Source of the DNA: Octopus sinensis
Taxonomy: Eukaryota
DNA: 64,000 nt
Direction: 5' to 3'
NCBI RefSeq assembly: GCF_006345805.1
Contig: NC_042999.1
Coordinates: forward strand, 5,270,001 to 5,334,000
In this document: one piece after another, positions 36,880-48,934 of the stretch
Layout of the letters: each line of letters starts with the position of its first letter
How positions within the stretch are numbered: the stretch's first letter is position 1
Notes under the pieces: model-generated
The model's database searches: none
The model's input: the letters and a program-made list of their open reading frames with translations, nothing else
What the model was told of the DNA's origin: nothing
Position numbers and translations under genes: made by a program

Positions 36880-37966
36880 TAGGCCTCGAAACCGGTTTTA
36901 TATTATGATCAGTAAAACCGAAACCGATTTGCCAAAACCGATTTTGAGGCTTGTTGTTTCGGATCTTTTCAATAAAAGATGTTTCATGTAACACATTCTA
37001 CCAGTATACGAAGTTTAAAAGTGTTTAGTTACAAATAACTATTTTTTAAATGTGCCGGTCAAAGTGAAAAGATCCGCTGTTTCTTTCTTTTTTTTTTTCG
37101 CAAAACATTTCTCCATTTTTTCTTTTCAAGAAATATCGTTGAAACTGAACTAACTGAACTGTTGTCGGTCGCCTTTAGTTGAGAGTGCTGACTGTTTCAT
37201 TGAAACATGTCGCAACATATCAATTCTCACCTTCCTCCCCCTTGAACCTTAGATCAGCACCTTGTCATCTCCTTCGCTAACCCCTGGCTGACTCTTTGAA
37301 TTTGCAGGTAACTGAGTTTATTCATAGCAAGTCAAGGGGATGCTGTTAGTCTTCAGTCGGGTGATCTTTCCTGTTGAGCATATGTAATAACCAGTTCCAG
37401 ATTCATTCCAAGGAAGTAACACTAATTTTTTTGATAAAAAAAGCGCCATAACAGACGATAGTGATCGTTATAACAGACGATAGTGATCGCCATAACAGAC
37501 GATAGTGATGAAGCTGACATAAGCCAACAAGACATACTTTGTCAAACAGATTTGGCTCACGAAAATGCTTGTTTTCCCAAGCTAAAACCTGAATTTAACA
37601 AAGTTTTAAATAAGGTAAGAGAACATTCAAAACATTTCCGTAAATCTCCTACAAAAAATGAAATTTTGCAAGATTTTGTACGAGCGAACTTTGATAATAG
37701 ATAATATAAACTTATACTGGATTGCAGAACTGGGTGGAATGGCACATTCAATATGATTGAGAGATTTTTGAAATTGAAAAGCTGCATTTCAAATGCTCTA
37801 CGTGCAGAACTTTCCACAGATGCCGTCGCTGACGAAGAATGGAAATCTCCCAATTTACTATATGAAATTCTTAAGTAGTACCCGCGAAAACCGGTTTTTA
37901 ACCGGTTTTGAGAATTACTTATACTTGAACTCGGTTTTGGGAATTATCGTTTTTTTGCGAGCCTTA
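36880..37966 (+). mobile_element. Internally deleted hAT DNA transposon with transposase remnant (~37510-37870)
   Basis: 8-bp TSD gttaaaac/attaaaac. Termini taggcctcg / cgagcctta with subterminal aaccgg repeats. KVREHSKHFRKSPTKNEILQ...LILDCRTGWNGTFNMIERFLKLK is a hAT motif. Confidence 0.8.
36960..37076. mobile_element. Small MITE nested in the hAT element
   Basis: 12-bp TIR cggatcttttca / tgaaaagatccg. Confidence 0.5.
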
Positions 37967-38112
37967 ATTAAAACTGATGACTGTAGGGTAATTATTATCA
38001 TCTTTAAATGGAAACGTGTTAAGGTCGGTGTTATAATTAGGAAATCATCACCATCACTATCACCATCACCATCACCATCATCATCATAATCATCGTCATC
38101 GTCGTCGTCATT

Positions 38113-38615
38113 CTTTTCTTTTACTTGTTTCAGTCATTTGACTGCGGCCATGCTGGAGCACCGCCTTTAGTCGAGCAAATCGGCCCCATGATTTATTCTT
38201 TGTAAGCCTAGAATTATTCTATCGGACTCTTTTGCCGAACCGCAACGTTATGGGGACATAAACACACCAGCATCGGTTGTCAAGCGATGTGGGCGGGACA
38301 AACACACACACACACACACACACACATACACACACACACACACTCACGCCACGCACGCACACACTCACACAAAATTTAAAGAAAACAGAAAATGGAGAAG
38401 TACTGATTAACAACAATTGACTTACATCAATTATTATTTATTAATTCAGTGCAACAACGGGCTTCTTTCAGCTTCCGTCTACCAAATCCACTTACAAGGT
38501 TTTGGACGGCGTGGGGCTATAGTAGAAGACACTTGCCCAAGGTGCCACGCAGTGGGACTGAACCCGGAACCATGTTTGTAAGCAAGCTACTTACCACACA
38601 GCCACTCCTGCGCCT
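38113..38615 (-). mobile_element. SINE family A, full length
   Basis: Reverse complement of family A. Confidence 0.88.
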
Positions 38616-38697
38616 ATGAATTTTCTTACTATTTTGTTTTCGTAAATAGTTTCATAAATAGATAGAACACCCTAACGCGCTTTTGATACCATATTTT

Positions 38698-39063
38698 TGT
38701 TGGTTTGTAGGACACAGCGTGAGACGACTGTTGTTATCGTTAGGCCTAACTCATCGTAAAGTCAATACCACCATGACTGATATCCAATCTACAGTGGAGA
38801 AGGCTAGCCACTGGATTTGGTTAAAAAGAGACGATGAGCGATGGCTAGAAGTATATTGAGTTCTTCATAACCAGCTGATCTAGCAAGCGGGGCCCCATAT
38901 CAGTGAGGGGGGCCGGTGCGCATTGATGCCGTCGAGAGGTAGGCCCCGAAACGGCACGCATTCTCTCCTGATGACCCTATACACTTGCTAGCTTCCGATA
39001 TACGGAGCTTTTAACTGGTAGCACTTGCATGTGCAAGTTGTTTGCAAGATATATTTTGAATCA
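38698..39063 (+). mobile_element. HERO-like (R2-superfamily, RLE) LINE 3' end with structured 3'UTR
   Basis: Frame 38701-38859 FVGHSVRRLLLSLGL...TVEKASHWIWLKRDDERW..* resembles the HERO-clade C-terminus (recognised from memory). Followed by a GC-rich 3'UTR. Confidence 0.7.
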
Positions 39064-39182
39064 CTTCTTCCCCTTCTTCTTCTTCTTCTTCTTCTTCTTT
39101 TCTTCTTCTTCTTCTTCTTCTTCTTCTTCTTCTTCCTGTTGTTGTTGTTGTTGTTGTTTTTCTTCTTCTTCTTCTTCTTCTT

Positions 39183-39213
<31 letters not shown>

Positions 39214-39250
39214 TTATTATTATTATTATCAATATCATTATTATTATTAT
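39064..39250. repeat. Compound (TTC)n(TTG)n(TTC)n(TTA)n microsatellite
   Basis: Seen directly. Confidence 0.97.
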
Positions 39251-39520
39251 TTTCTCTTTATCCCAGGTTTTGTTGGAACTTCTGGAGTCTTGCATGCGTA
39301 GCGGTCTTGCTACTTGCAGCCTACGCAACCATGCTACCCGTTTTATTTTTCAGCTATCCAATACGTTCCTGATTATTCTGGCTGTGCTAAGGAGGCAGAC
39401 CTTTTGTAACAGTTCTCCTGGGTACTCTATTCTAATTACCTTTATACTCCCTTTGATGCCTTCTGATACTGTCCCCAAGGACCCAACAATAATTGGCATT
39501 ATCTTCACCTTTAACTATTT
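39240..39520 (-). mobile_element. R4/Dong-like LINE extreme 3' end with (TAA)n tail
   Basis: Minus frame VKIMPIIVGSLGTVSEG...ELLQKVCLLSTARIIRNVLDS*, short 3'UTR, then (TAA)n. Confidence 0.8.
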
Positions 39521-40232
39521 AATATTATTATTATCAACATCAAATATATAGCATTATTATTATCATCATCATCATCATTATTTATTGTCTTTGCATAGCT
39601 TCTAACGCTGGTGATGTACTACGGTACCAGCTGTTCACTACCAGTGAACTAAAGTAACACCCTTTATTTTTCGAGCACCATCCGGAGTATTCGAGCGGTT
39701 CCATGCAGTGCTGTTTTCCGCAAGTGCTCCACCCTTATTGCAGCCCCTATTTGTTCCATGTACTTCTCAAAGATTTTTGCTCACTGTTCCCAGGGTTCAA
39801 ACAATTATTGTTACTACTACCTTCTTTTCATCAACTGCTTAACCTCCCAAGCTAACGAGTCATATCTATCGACTTTTCTTTCGTCCCTATCGCATACCTT
39901 GTTGTCAGGTGGGTATTATTATCATTATTACTATAAGGTGGCGATCTGGCGGAATCGTGAGTCAGACAAAATACTTAGCGGCATTTCTAATTATATTACG
40001 GCAACAACTCCAAACAATAATACTTCGAGTAAAATTTTTATTTCTGGTTGATAGAATAAGAAAGTTTTTTTTACTCATGTGGAAACATCTCATACATAAT
40101 TCTTTAAATTTATTAAGCTTTTTTTTTACATTACAAAATTTTGAGAGTTTCCAAGCAACACAAAGAACAACCGCTGCCATCACCCAAGTATGGCATTGCA
40201 TTTCTTTCAATAGACCAAGAAATTGTCATATC

Positions 40233-40359
40233 TAGTGGTTCCCAACCTGGAGTCCGCGAACCCCTGGTGGTCCGCAAAGTTAGTACTTGAGTTCCGTGAA
40301 CTAAATTCAAAGTTTCATATATAAGCTTCTAATTGTTAATTGTTGCTCCTTGTCTTTTC

Positions 40360-40433
<74 letters not shown>

Positions 40434-40754
40434 CTCTATATATATATATATATATATAATATATATATATTATATATATATATTATATATATATACATTC
40501 GTTCCTTTTTCCAAGAAATCTAATGCTCACAGCTTAGTTTTTCATTGGGGCTGGCCGCGTTGGAGCAAATAGCAGAATTAATCAGCCGAAATTTGCTATG
40601 ATGATCCGCTTTCTGACTGAAAATTAAAGGCTTCGAATGACCCGTCTGTTTTCTGTGTTCATCCCTTTGTGTATTCCACGTTCTTGTTTCTTTATATATA
40701 ATTTTTATACCTATATTATTGCGGCGTACGTACACCTCGTTCCCTTATGTATGT

Positions 40755-40799
<45 letters not shown>

Positions 40800-41064
40800 A
40801 TACATTCGTTTCCTTTTTCCAAGAAATCTAATGCTCACAGCTTAGTTTTTCATTGGGGCTGGCCGCGTTGGAGCAAATAGCAGAATAATCAGCCGAAATT
40901 TGCTATGATGATCCGCTTTCTGACTGAAAATTAAAGGCTTCGAATGACCCGTCTGTTTTCTGTGTTCATCCCTTTGTGTATTCCACGTTCTTGTTTCTTT
41001 ATATATAATTTTTATACCTATATTATTGCGCGTGTACACCTCGTTCCCTATGTATGTTTACATC

Positions 41065-41132
<68 letters not shown>

Positions 41133-41193
41133 AGCATATTAATAGGGGTCTGTGGGGGATAACTCATTTAAATAAAAGGGTTGGGAACCGCTG
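40233..41193. mobile_element. hAT (Charlie-like) MITE carrying an internal tandem duplication and microsatellites
   Basis: TIRs tagtggttcccaacc / ggttgggaaccgctg. Confidence 0.7.
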
Positions 41194-41403
41194 ATCTAGT
41201 TAATATCTAGTCTTTTTAATTCCCAGAGTTTTGCCACCAGGCATGTTGATTCGGCCTTATCCTTTCTTTCTAATGTTGTGTAAATAGTTACGTTATCTAG
41301 ATTTGAAATTTATAGCTGCAGCGTATAAACAATATTTTTAGTTAGACATTAATTACTAAATGGGGATTTCGTTGGCCTTCAGCAGTTACGCAATTTCTTA
41401 TTT

Positions 41404-41808
41404 AGGCGCAGGAGTGGCTGTGTGGTAAGTAGCTTGCTTACCAACCACATGGTTCCGGGTTCAGTCCTACTGCGTGGCACCTTGGGCAAGTGTCTTCTAC
41501 TATAGCCTCGGGCCGACCAAAGCCTTGTGAGTGGATTTGGTAGACGGAAACTGAAAGAAGCCCGTCGTATATATGTATATATATGTGTGTGTGTGTTTGT
41601 GTGTCTGTGTTTGTCCCCCTAGCATTGCTTGACAACCGGTGCTGGTGTGCTTACGTCCCCGTTACTTAGCGGTTGGGCAAAAGAGATCGATAGAATAAGT
41701 ACTGGGCTTACAAACGAATAAGTCCCGGGGTCGATTTGCTCGACTAAAGGCGGTGCTCCAGCATGGCCACAGTCAAATGACTGAAACAAGTAAAAGAGTA
41801 AAAGAGTA
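41404..41808 (+). mobile_element. SINE family A, full length, near consensus
   Basis: Intact CpGs and an (aaagagt) tail. Confidence 0.92.
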
Positions 41809-41902
41809 TGTTAGGAGAAAGTACATGACTAGTACAAATATCATGACTGCTATTATTACAATACACTTTATATCATTATTACAACGACTATTATTGATAT
41901 AT

Positions 41903-42286
41903 GTGGAGGCGCAATGGCCCAGTGGTTAGGGCAGCGGACTCGCGGTCATAGGATCGCGGTTTCGATTCCCAGACCGGGCGTTGTGAGTGTTTATTGAGCG
42001 AAAACACCTAAAAGCTCCACGAGGCTCCGACAGGGGATGGTGGTGATCCCTGCTGTACTCTTTCACCACAACTTTCTCTCACTCTTACTTCCTGTTTCTG
42101 TTGTACCTGTATTTCAAAGGGCCGGCCTTGTCACTCTCTGTGTCACGCTGAATATCCCCGAGAACTACGTTAAGGGTGCACGTGTCTGTGGAGAGCTCAG
42201 CCACTTACACATTAATTTCACGAGCAGGCTGTTCCGTTGATTCGGATCAACCGGAACCCTCATCGTCGTAACCGACGGAGTGCTTC
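41903..42286 (+). mobile_element. SINE family C, full length
   Basis: tRNA-like head. Near-identical inverted copy at 42631-43014. Confidence 0.9.
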
Positions 42287-42630
42287 CATCCATTATTGAT
42301 ATTCACCAGATTTCCATGTATATTTATATTATGACAACTACTAGAGTCGTTTCTAACATTATTATTATTATTAATCATATGGTTGGGCTCACTTTTGTTA
42401 CCGGTGACCAGACTGCCGTTAATAGGGATCATTTTGTCATGACCCTGGTCAGTCTTTCGATGTTGCATACCAATCAACGGCATTTAGGTTTCACAGGTTA
42501 ATCAGTACCTTCTTTGTCTACTAAGGTAATCATTATTTGACTTAACAATAGAAAAATTCACGTTCATAGTAACTACACCAACGTATCCTCATCTCAATGG
42601 ATCTTCAATACCTGCCGGTTGGAACTTAAA

Positions 42631-43014
42631 GAAGCACTCCGTCGGTTACGACGACGAGGGTTCCGGTTGATCCGAATCAACGGAACAGCCTGCTCGTGAA
42701 ATTAACGTGTAAGTGACTGAGCACTCCACAGACACGTGTACCCTTAACGTAGTTCTCGGGGATATTCAGCGTGACACAGAGAGTGACAAGGCCGGCCCTT
42801 TGAAATACAGGTACAACAGAAACAGGAAGTAAGAGTGAGAGAAAGTTGTGGTGAAAGAGTACAGCAGGGATCACCACCATCCCCTGCCGGAGCCTTGTGG
42901 AGATTTTAGGTGTTTTCGCTCAATAAACACTCACAACGCTCGGTCTGGGAATCGAGACCGCGATCCTATGACCGCGAGTCCGCTGCCCTAACCACTGGGC
43001 CATTGCGCCTCCAC
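42631..43014 (-). mobile_element. SINE family C, full length
   Basis: Reverse complement of 41903-42286. Confidence 0.9.
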
Positions 43015-43227
43015 TATCTGTTGGAACAGGCTTTAGAAATAGAAGTAGAAACGCAATTGATAAATGTTTTTACAATATTCTTATTTCATCGGAAGTTTTT
43101 TTTCCAGTTTATTACGGTTAAAAGCAGCAATAACATCAACCAAGTTTGGCTGGTTGAATTCGAAAGTTTGATTGTTCGAAAGTAAGCGATTCTTTTTGCT
43201 ACAAATGTTTCTTTTTTAATGGATAGC

Positions 43228-44035
43228 GATTAAGACATAATTTTAGCAGATAGGAATCCACGAATATTAAAACGAAATCGACCGCTCTCAAAAATTAAGT
43301 AAAAAAAAACTGTAAAAATTATCCAGAATTCTTGTCGAGTACCGGATCGATCCCAAAATCTAATCAGTTCGTGCCAGTCCCGAGGCCAAACATCCCTGAA
43401 AGTTTCATCCGAATCCATCCAGCAGTTCTTGAGATATCTTGTCCACGGACAAACAAACAAACACTAGTGAAAACAAAACCTCCGCCTTCGCTAAGGCGGC
43501 GGTAATAAAGAATTGATATCTCAGTCAATTAATGTTGACGGAATGTTAATTATTAATAAGTTACCATCTAGAATAAATATATTTCTTTACTGACCACAAG
43601 GGGCTAAACACAGAGGGGACAAACAAGGACATACAAACGGATTAAGTCGATTACATTGACCCCAGTGCGTAACTGGTACTTAATTTATCGACCCGACAGG
43701 ATGAAAGGTAAAGTCGACCTCGGCGGAATTTGAACCCAGAACGTAACGGCAGACGAAATACGGCAACGCATCTCGCCCGGCGTGATAACGATTCTGCCAG
43801 CTCGCCGCCTCTAGAATAAATAGAATACTTATAACCTCCGCCTTCGCTAAGGCGAAGGTATTGTTTTCACTCGTGTTTGTTTGTTTGTTTGTCCGTGGAC
43901 AAGATATCTCAAGAACCGCTGGATGGATTTGGGTGAAACTTTCAGGGATGTTTGACCTCGAGACTGGCACAAACTGATTAGATTTTGGGATCGATCCGGT
44001 TCCGGACAAGGATTCTGGATTATTTTTTAATATTT
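43228..44035. mobile_element. Two head-to-head DINE-1/HINE-like (Helentron-associated) copies, 43228-43507 (-) and 43830-44035 (+)
   Basis: Terminal palindrome acctccgccttcgctaaggcgg(a/c)ggt, a (gttt)n tract, and a shared inverted core gatatctcaagaac..ggatggatt..tgaaactttcagg. Confidence 0.65.
43580..43809 (-). mobile_element. SINE family B with 13-bp TSD
   Basis: tctagaataaata at 43567-43579 and 43810-43822. Confidence 0.92.
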
Positions 44036-44204
44036 TCTTTACAAGTATATGTAAAGTTTCACATAGTTCTCTTGTACACGCACACACATACACACATATA
44101 CCCACACATTTTCAGCGTTGAACATTACCACCCCATTTCCATTGTACACACACACGCGCGCGCGCGCAAACCTACCTCTCTTTTACAAACACATATATAT
44201 TTTT

Positions 44205-44434
44205 ATTTCTTTACTGCCCACAAGGGGCTAAACATAGAGGGGACAAACAAGGACAGATAAAGGGATTAAGTCGATTACATCGACCCCAGTGTGTAACTGG
44301 TACTTTATTTATCGACCCCGAAAGGATGAAAGGCAAAGTCGACCTCGGCGGAATTTGAACTCAGAACGTAGCGGCAGACGAAATACCGCTACGCATTTCG
44401 CCCGGCGCGCTAACGATTCTGCCAGCTCGCCGCC
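44205..44434 (-). mobile_element. SINE family B, full length
   Basis: Reverse complement of family B. Confidence 0.9.
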
Positions 44435-44817
44435 TTTTTACAAACACATATACTCAGTTCAAACGCCGTTTGTCGGCCTTTTCACTCCTTTCTTCGTCAT
44501 TCATTCATCACCCCTTCCTTTCTCATTCATACAATGCTCTCTTTGCTATTTTTCGCCTCTACCTTCACCTCTCACTCTGGCTCTATTCTATATATGTATG
44601 TATACAAGAGTAAACAAGAGAGACAGAAAGAGGCAGAAACAAGGAAAATGCCACTTGTATTTGAACACTATACAAATATTCCTTAAAAAAAACAACTTTT
44701 CTTTTAATTTCCCCAAAATTTAATTGTTTTCCATACTTTCAGTTGAAAAAGTCTCAATGACGGAAACCGGCGCTGAAATGTTTTTTATAAAATTATTTTA
44801 GCATTTTCTATCTTGAC

Positions 44818-44821
<4 letters not shown>

Positions 44822-44902
<81 letters not shown>

Positions 44903-44925
44903 CACACACACACTACACACACACT

Positions 44926-44957
<32 letters not shown>

Positions 44958-45020
44958 ACAGACACCACACACACTACACACACACACTACACACACACAC
45001 ACCACACACACACACACAAA
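44822..45020. repeat. (CA)n microsatellite
   Basis: Seen directly. Confidence 0.97.
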
Positions 45021-45576
45021 TATATAAAAAGGCAATGCTTATTATAATATTAGGAGATTATACATACATTTTAATACTTTACAGTATACTTACATATATA
45101 CATAATTCTATACATCGATCTAAAACAACAATATTGCTAAAGGAAGACCGGAATTTAAGAGAAGAGAAAAATCAAAAGGTCTCAGGATATTCATTGAAGG
45201 ATCCTTTTTTCAGATATTCTCATTTTAAAAATCATCTCCGGTTAATCGTTGAGAGGACATTGGTGTTGCGTTGGCGGCGGTTTGCGCTCTCTGAGAGCTC
45301 TTGCATTTTAGTTTCTTATGATCAATTCATAATTGAAGAGATCTATGTACTCTCCCTCCATCTTTATGCACACCGATTGGTTCCAGTACAGGCTCTGCAA
45401 GACTCGGGGGTCTTTCCCATGCAGATCAATGTAACGGAGTTCTTCAAATAACATGTCATGTCTTACTTTGTCGAAGGCTTTTGTGTAATCTATGAAACAT
45501 ACGAAGACATCTTTTTGTATCTCCACTGCTCTCTCTATTATTATTCTCAATACAAAAATAATATTCCCAGTACCGT

Positions 45577-46396
<820 letters not shown>

Positions 46397-46849
46397 GGGC
46401 ACCGGAACCCTTTTCAAATCCAAACTGTCCCAATTCCAATCTCAAGTGTTATTCTGCTCCTTGCTCTTTCAGAATGATCTTTGAAGCGTGACCCTTGATG
46501 CTAATCGTGCGATGTTGTCCACGGTTCACTGATCCTGAATTCTTCGGGAGTGCAATAAAGATGGATCTACCCAGATCTTTTGGTAATTTCCCATCATCAT
46601 AGATCTTGTTCTAATTTCATATTCTTCTAACGCTTTTATCACCTCAGAAACATCGCAAACACAAGATGACAATCTTATTTGCAGAATCGGAAAGAGAACT
46701 TCAAAGACTTCTGGATGTAGTGGTCAGAGAAAGTGAGAGGAAGGGTCTGTTCATAAATTGCAAGTGTATGATGGTGACAAAAAAGGGAAGCCCAAAGTGT
46801 TTGCTGGAAGTGAACAATCAAATCATTAAACAGCTATAATCCTTCAACT

Positions 46850-47263
46850 ACCTATTTCTTTACTACCCACAAGGGTCTAAACACAGAAGGGACAAACAAG
46901 GACAGACAAACGGATTAAATCGATTACATCGACCCCAGTGCATAACTGCTACTTATTTAATCGACCCCGAAAGGATAAAAGGCAAAGTCGACCTCGGCGG
47001 AATTTGAACTCAGAACGTAGCAGCAGACGAAATACCTATTTCTTTATTACCCACAAGGGGCTAAACACAGAGGGGACAAACAAGGACAGACATAGGTATT
47101 AAGTCGATTACATCGACCCCAGTGCGTAACTGGTACTTAATTTATCGACCCCGAAAGGATGAAAGGCAAAGTCAACCTTGGCGGAATTTGAACTCACAAC
47201 GTAACGCAGACGAAATACCGCTAAGCATTTCGCCCGGCGTGCTAACGTTTCTGCCAGCTCGCC
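46850..47263 (-). mobile_element. Tandem family B SINEs inserted in the RTE
   Basis: Two family B bodies. The RTE reading FNYL|GTL resumes across the insertion. Confidence 0.88.
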
Positions 47264-47700
47264 TTGGAACTTTGAACACAGAATATACAAGATGTGTGAA
47301 GGAGATTAAAAGATGAATAGGGCTGGCAAAATCTGCATTCTCTAAAGTGTATCACATCTTGTGAAACGGTGTTCTGAGTATCAAGATCAGGATTCGTATA
47401 TTAAGCCTGTGTTAGTGTATGGAAGTGAGGCATGGTCTATAAGACCAGGAATGAGAAGATGCTTGGAGAGCTGTGAAGTGTGGGTTTTAAGGAGGATATT
47501 GAGTATAGCATGGACAAAGTGTCTAAGGAAGGATTGAATACCCGGAACTGTGGTAAATAGGAAACTGCTTCGTGAGATAAGGGCCAATTAACTGAGATTT
47601 CTAGGTCGTTTAACGAAGAAAGAGGTCCTGGAGAATTTAGCGACGATCGGAAAGTTTGAAGAGAAAAGAAGCAGAGAAAGGAAAAGGATGACAGGGATAT

Positions 47701-48130
47701 AGGCACAGGAGTGGCTGTGTGGTAAGTAGCTTGCTAACCAACCACATGGTTCTGGGTTCAGTCTCACGGCGTGGCATCTTGGGCAAGTGTCTTCTACTAT
47801 AGCCCCGGGCCGACCAATGCCTTGTGAGTGGATTTGGTAGACGGAAACTGAAAGAAGCCTGTCGTATATATGTATATTATATATATGTATGTGTGTGTGT
47901 TTGTGTGTGTCTGTGTTTGTCCCCCTAGCATTTGCTTGACACCGATGCTGGTATGTTTACGTCCCCGTCACTTAGCGGTCGGCAAAAAAGAGACCGATAG
48001 AAAAGTACTGGGCTTACAAAAGAATAAGTACCGGGGGTCGATGTGCTCAACTAAAGGCGGTGTTCCAGCATGGCCGCAGTCAAATGACTGAAACAAGTAA
48101 AAGAGTAAAGAGAAAGAGTAAAAGAGTAAA
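47701..48130 (+). mobile_element. SINE family A, full length
   Basis: Head, core and (aaagagt)n tail. Confidence 0.9.
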
Positions 48131-48285
48131 TATCAAGATTGAGGAAATAGTTGGAAGAAAGGGACATTAAACATGCAAAAAGATTGTGTATGTATGTGTG
48201 AGCGTGTGTACCTCTGCTTCCTTGCGTGTGCGTGTTTGAGTGTGTCTATGTATATGAGTTTGTGTGATTATGTACTTGCGCTTGT

Positions 48286-48316
<31 letters not shown>

Positions 48317-48465
48317 GATGTGTGTCTCCATATGTGGCTTTGTGAATGTGCGTGTGTGTAGAGTACGTGTGTTACCATGGTCATGTGTTTCGTCTCATTG
48401 TGTGTTTATGTGTTTGTGAGGCTTTCTTTGTTTGTATTACCTACTTACCTACCCACCTACCTTTC

Positions 48466-48664
48466 ATATCTATCTATCTATCTATCTATCTATAATCTAT
48501 CTATCGATTATCTATCTATCTATCTATCTATTATCACTATCTATCTATCTATCTATCTATTCTATAATATCTATATCAATCAATCATCAATCAATCAATC
48601 AATCAATCTATCTATCTATCTCTATCTATCTAATCCATCTATCTATCTATCTATCTATCTATCT

Positions 48665-48708
<44 letters not shown>

Positions 48709-48713
48709 ATCTA
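48466..48713. repeat. (ATCT)n microsatellite, 5' flank of the Tx1 element
   Basis: Seen directly. Confidence 0.95.
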
Positions 48714-48934
48714 TACTACGACATGGACGGACGCTAGTCAAATGGGCTCCACGTAAGTTGGTCTTTGTACGTTGAAAATGTTTATTGTGAAATATTTGGT
48801 GTTAAAAGTTGTGCAACAACATCCACTGCAAACCTTGATTAATATCTACACAAAATTTTGCCCCCTGTGGGCAAAATTTAAAAGAAAAAATTCTCAAAGC
48901 CTTCGTGGTTCATTTAGCCATTTTATTTCCAAAA

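Noticed and set aside
38905-38956. HDV-like ribozyme fold (P1 ggggcc/ggcccc, P2 tgccgt/acggca, CGAA junction)
   Set aside because: No room for P3/L3 or P4. The hammerhead-core reading explains more positions, though this remains an alternative pairing.
41903-41985. tRNA genes (also the heads of SINE families A, B and the fourth family)
   Set aside because: A/B boxes are present, but each runs into a SINE body with no complete cloverleaf or acceptor stem.
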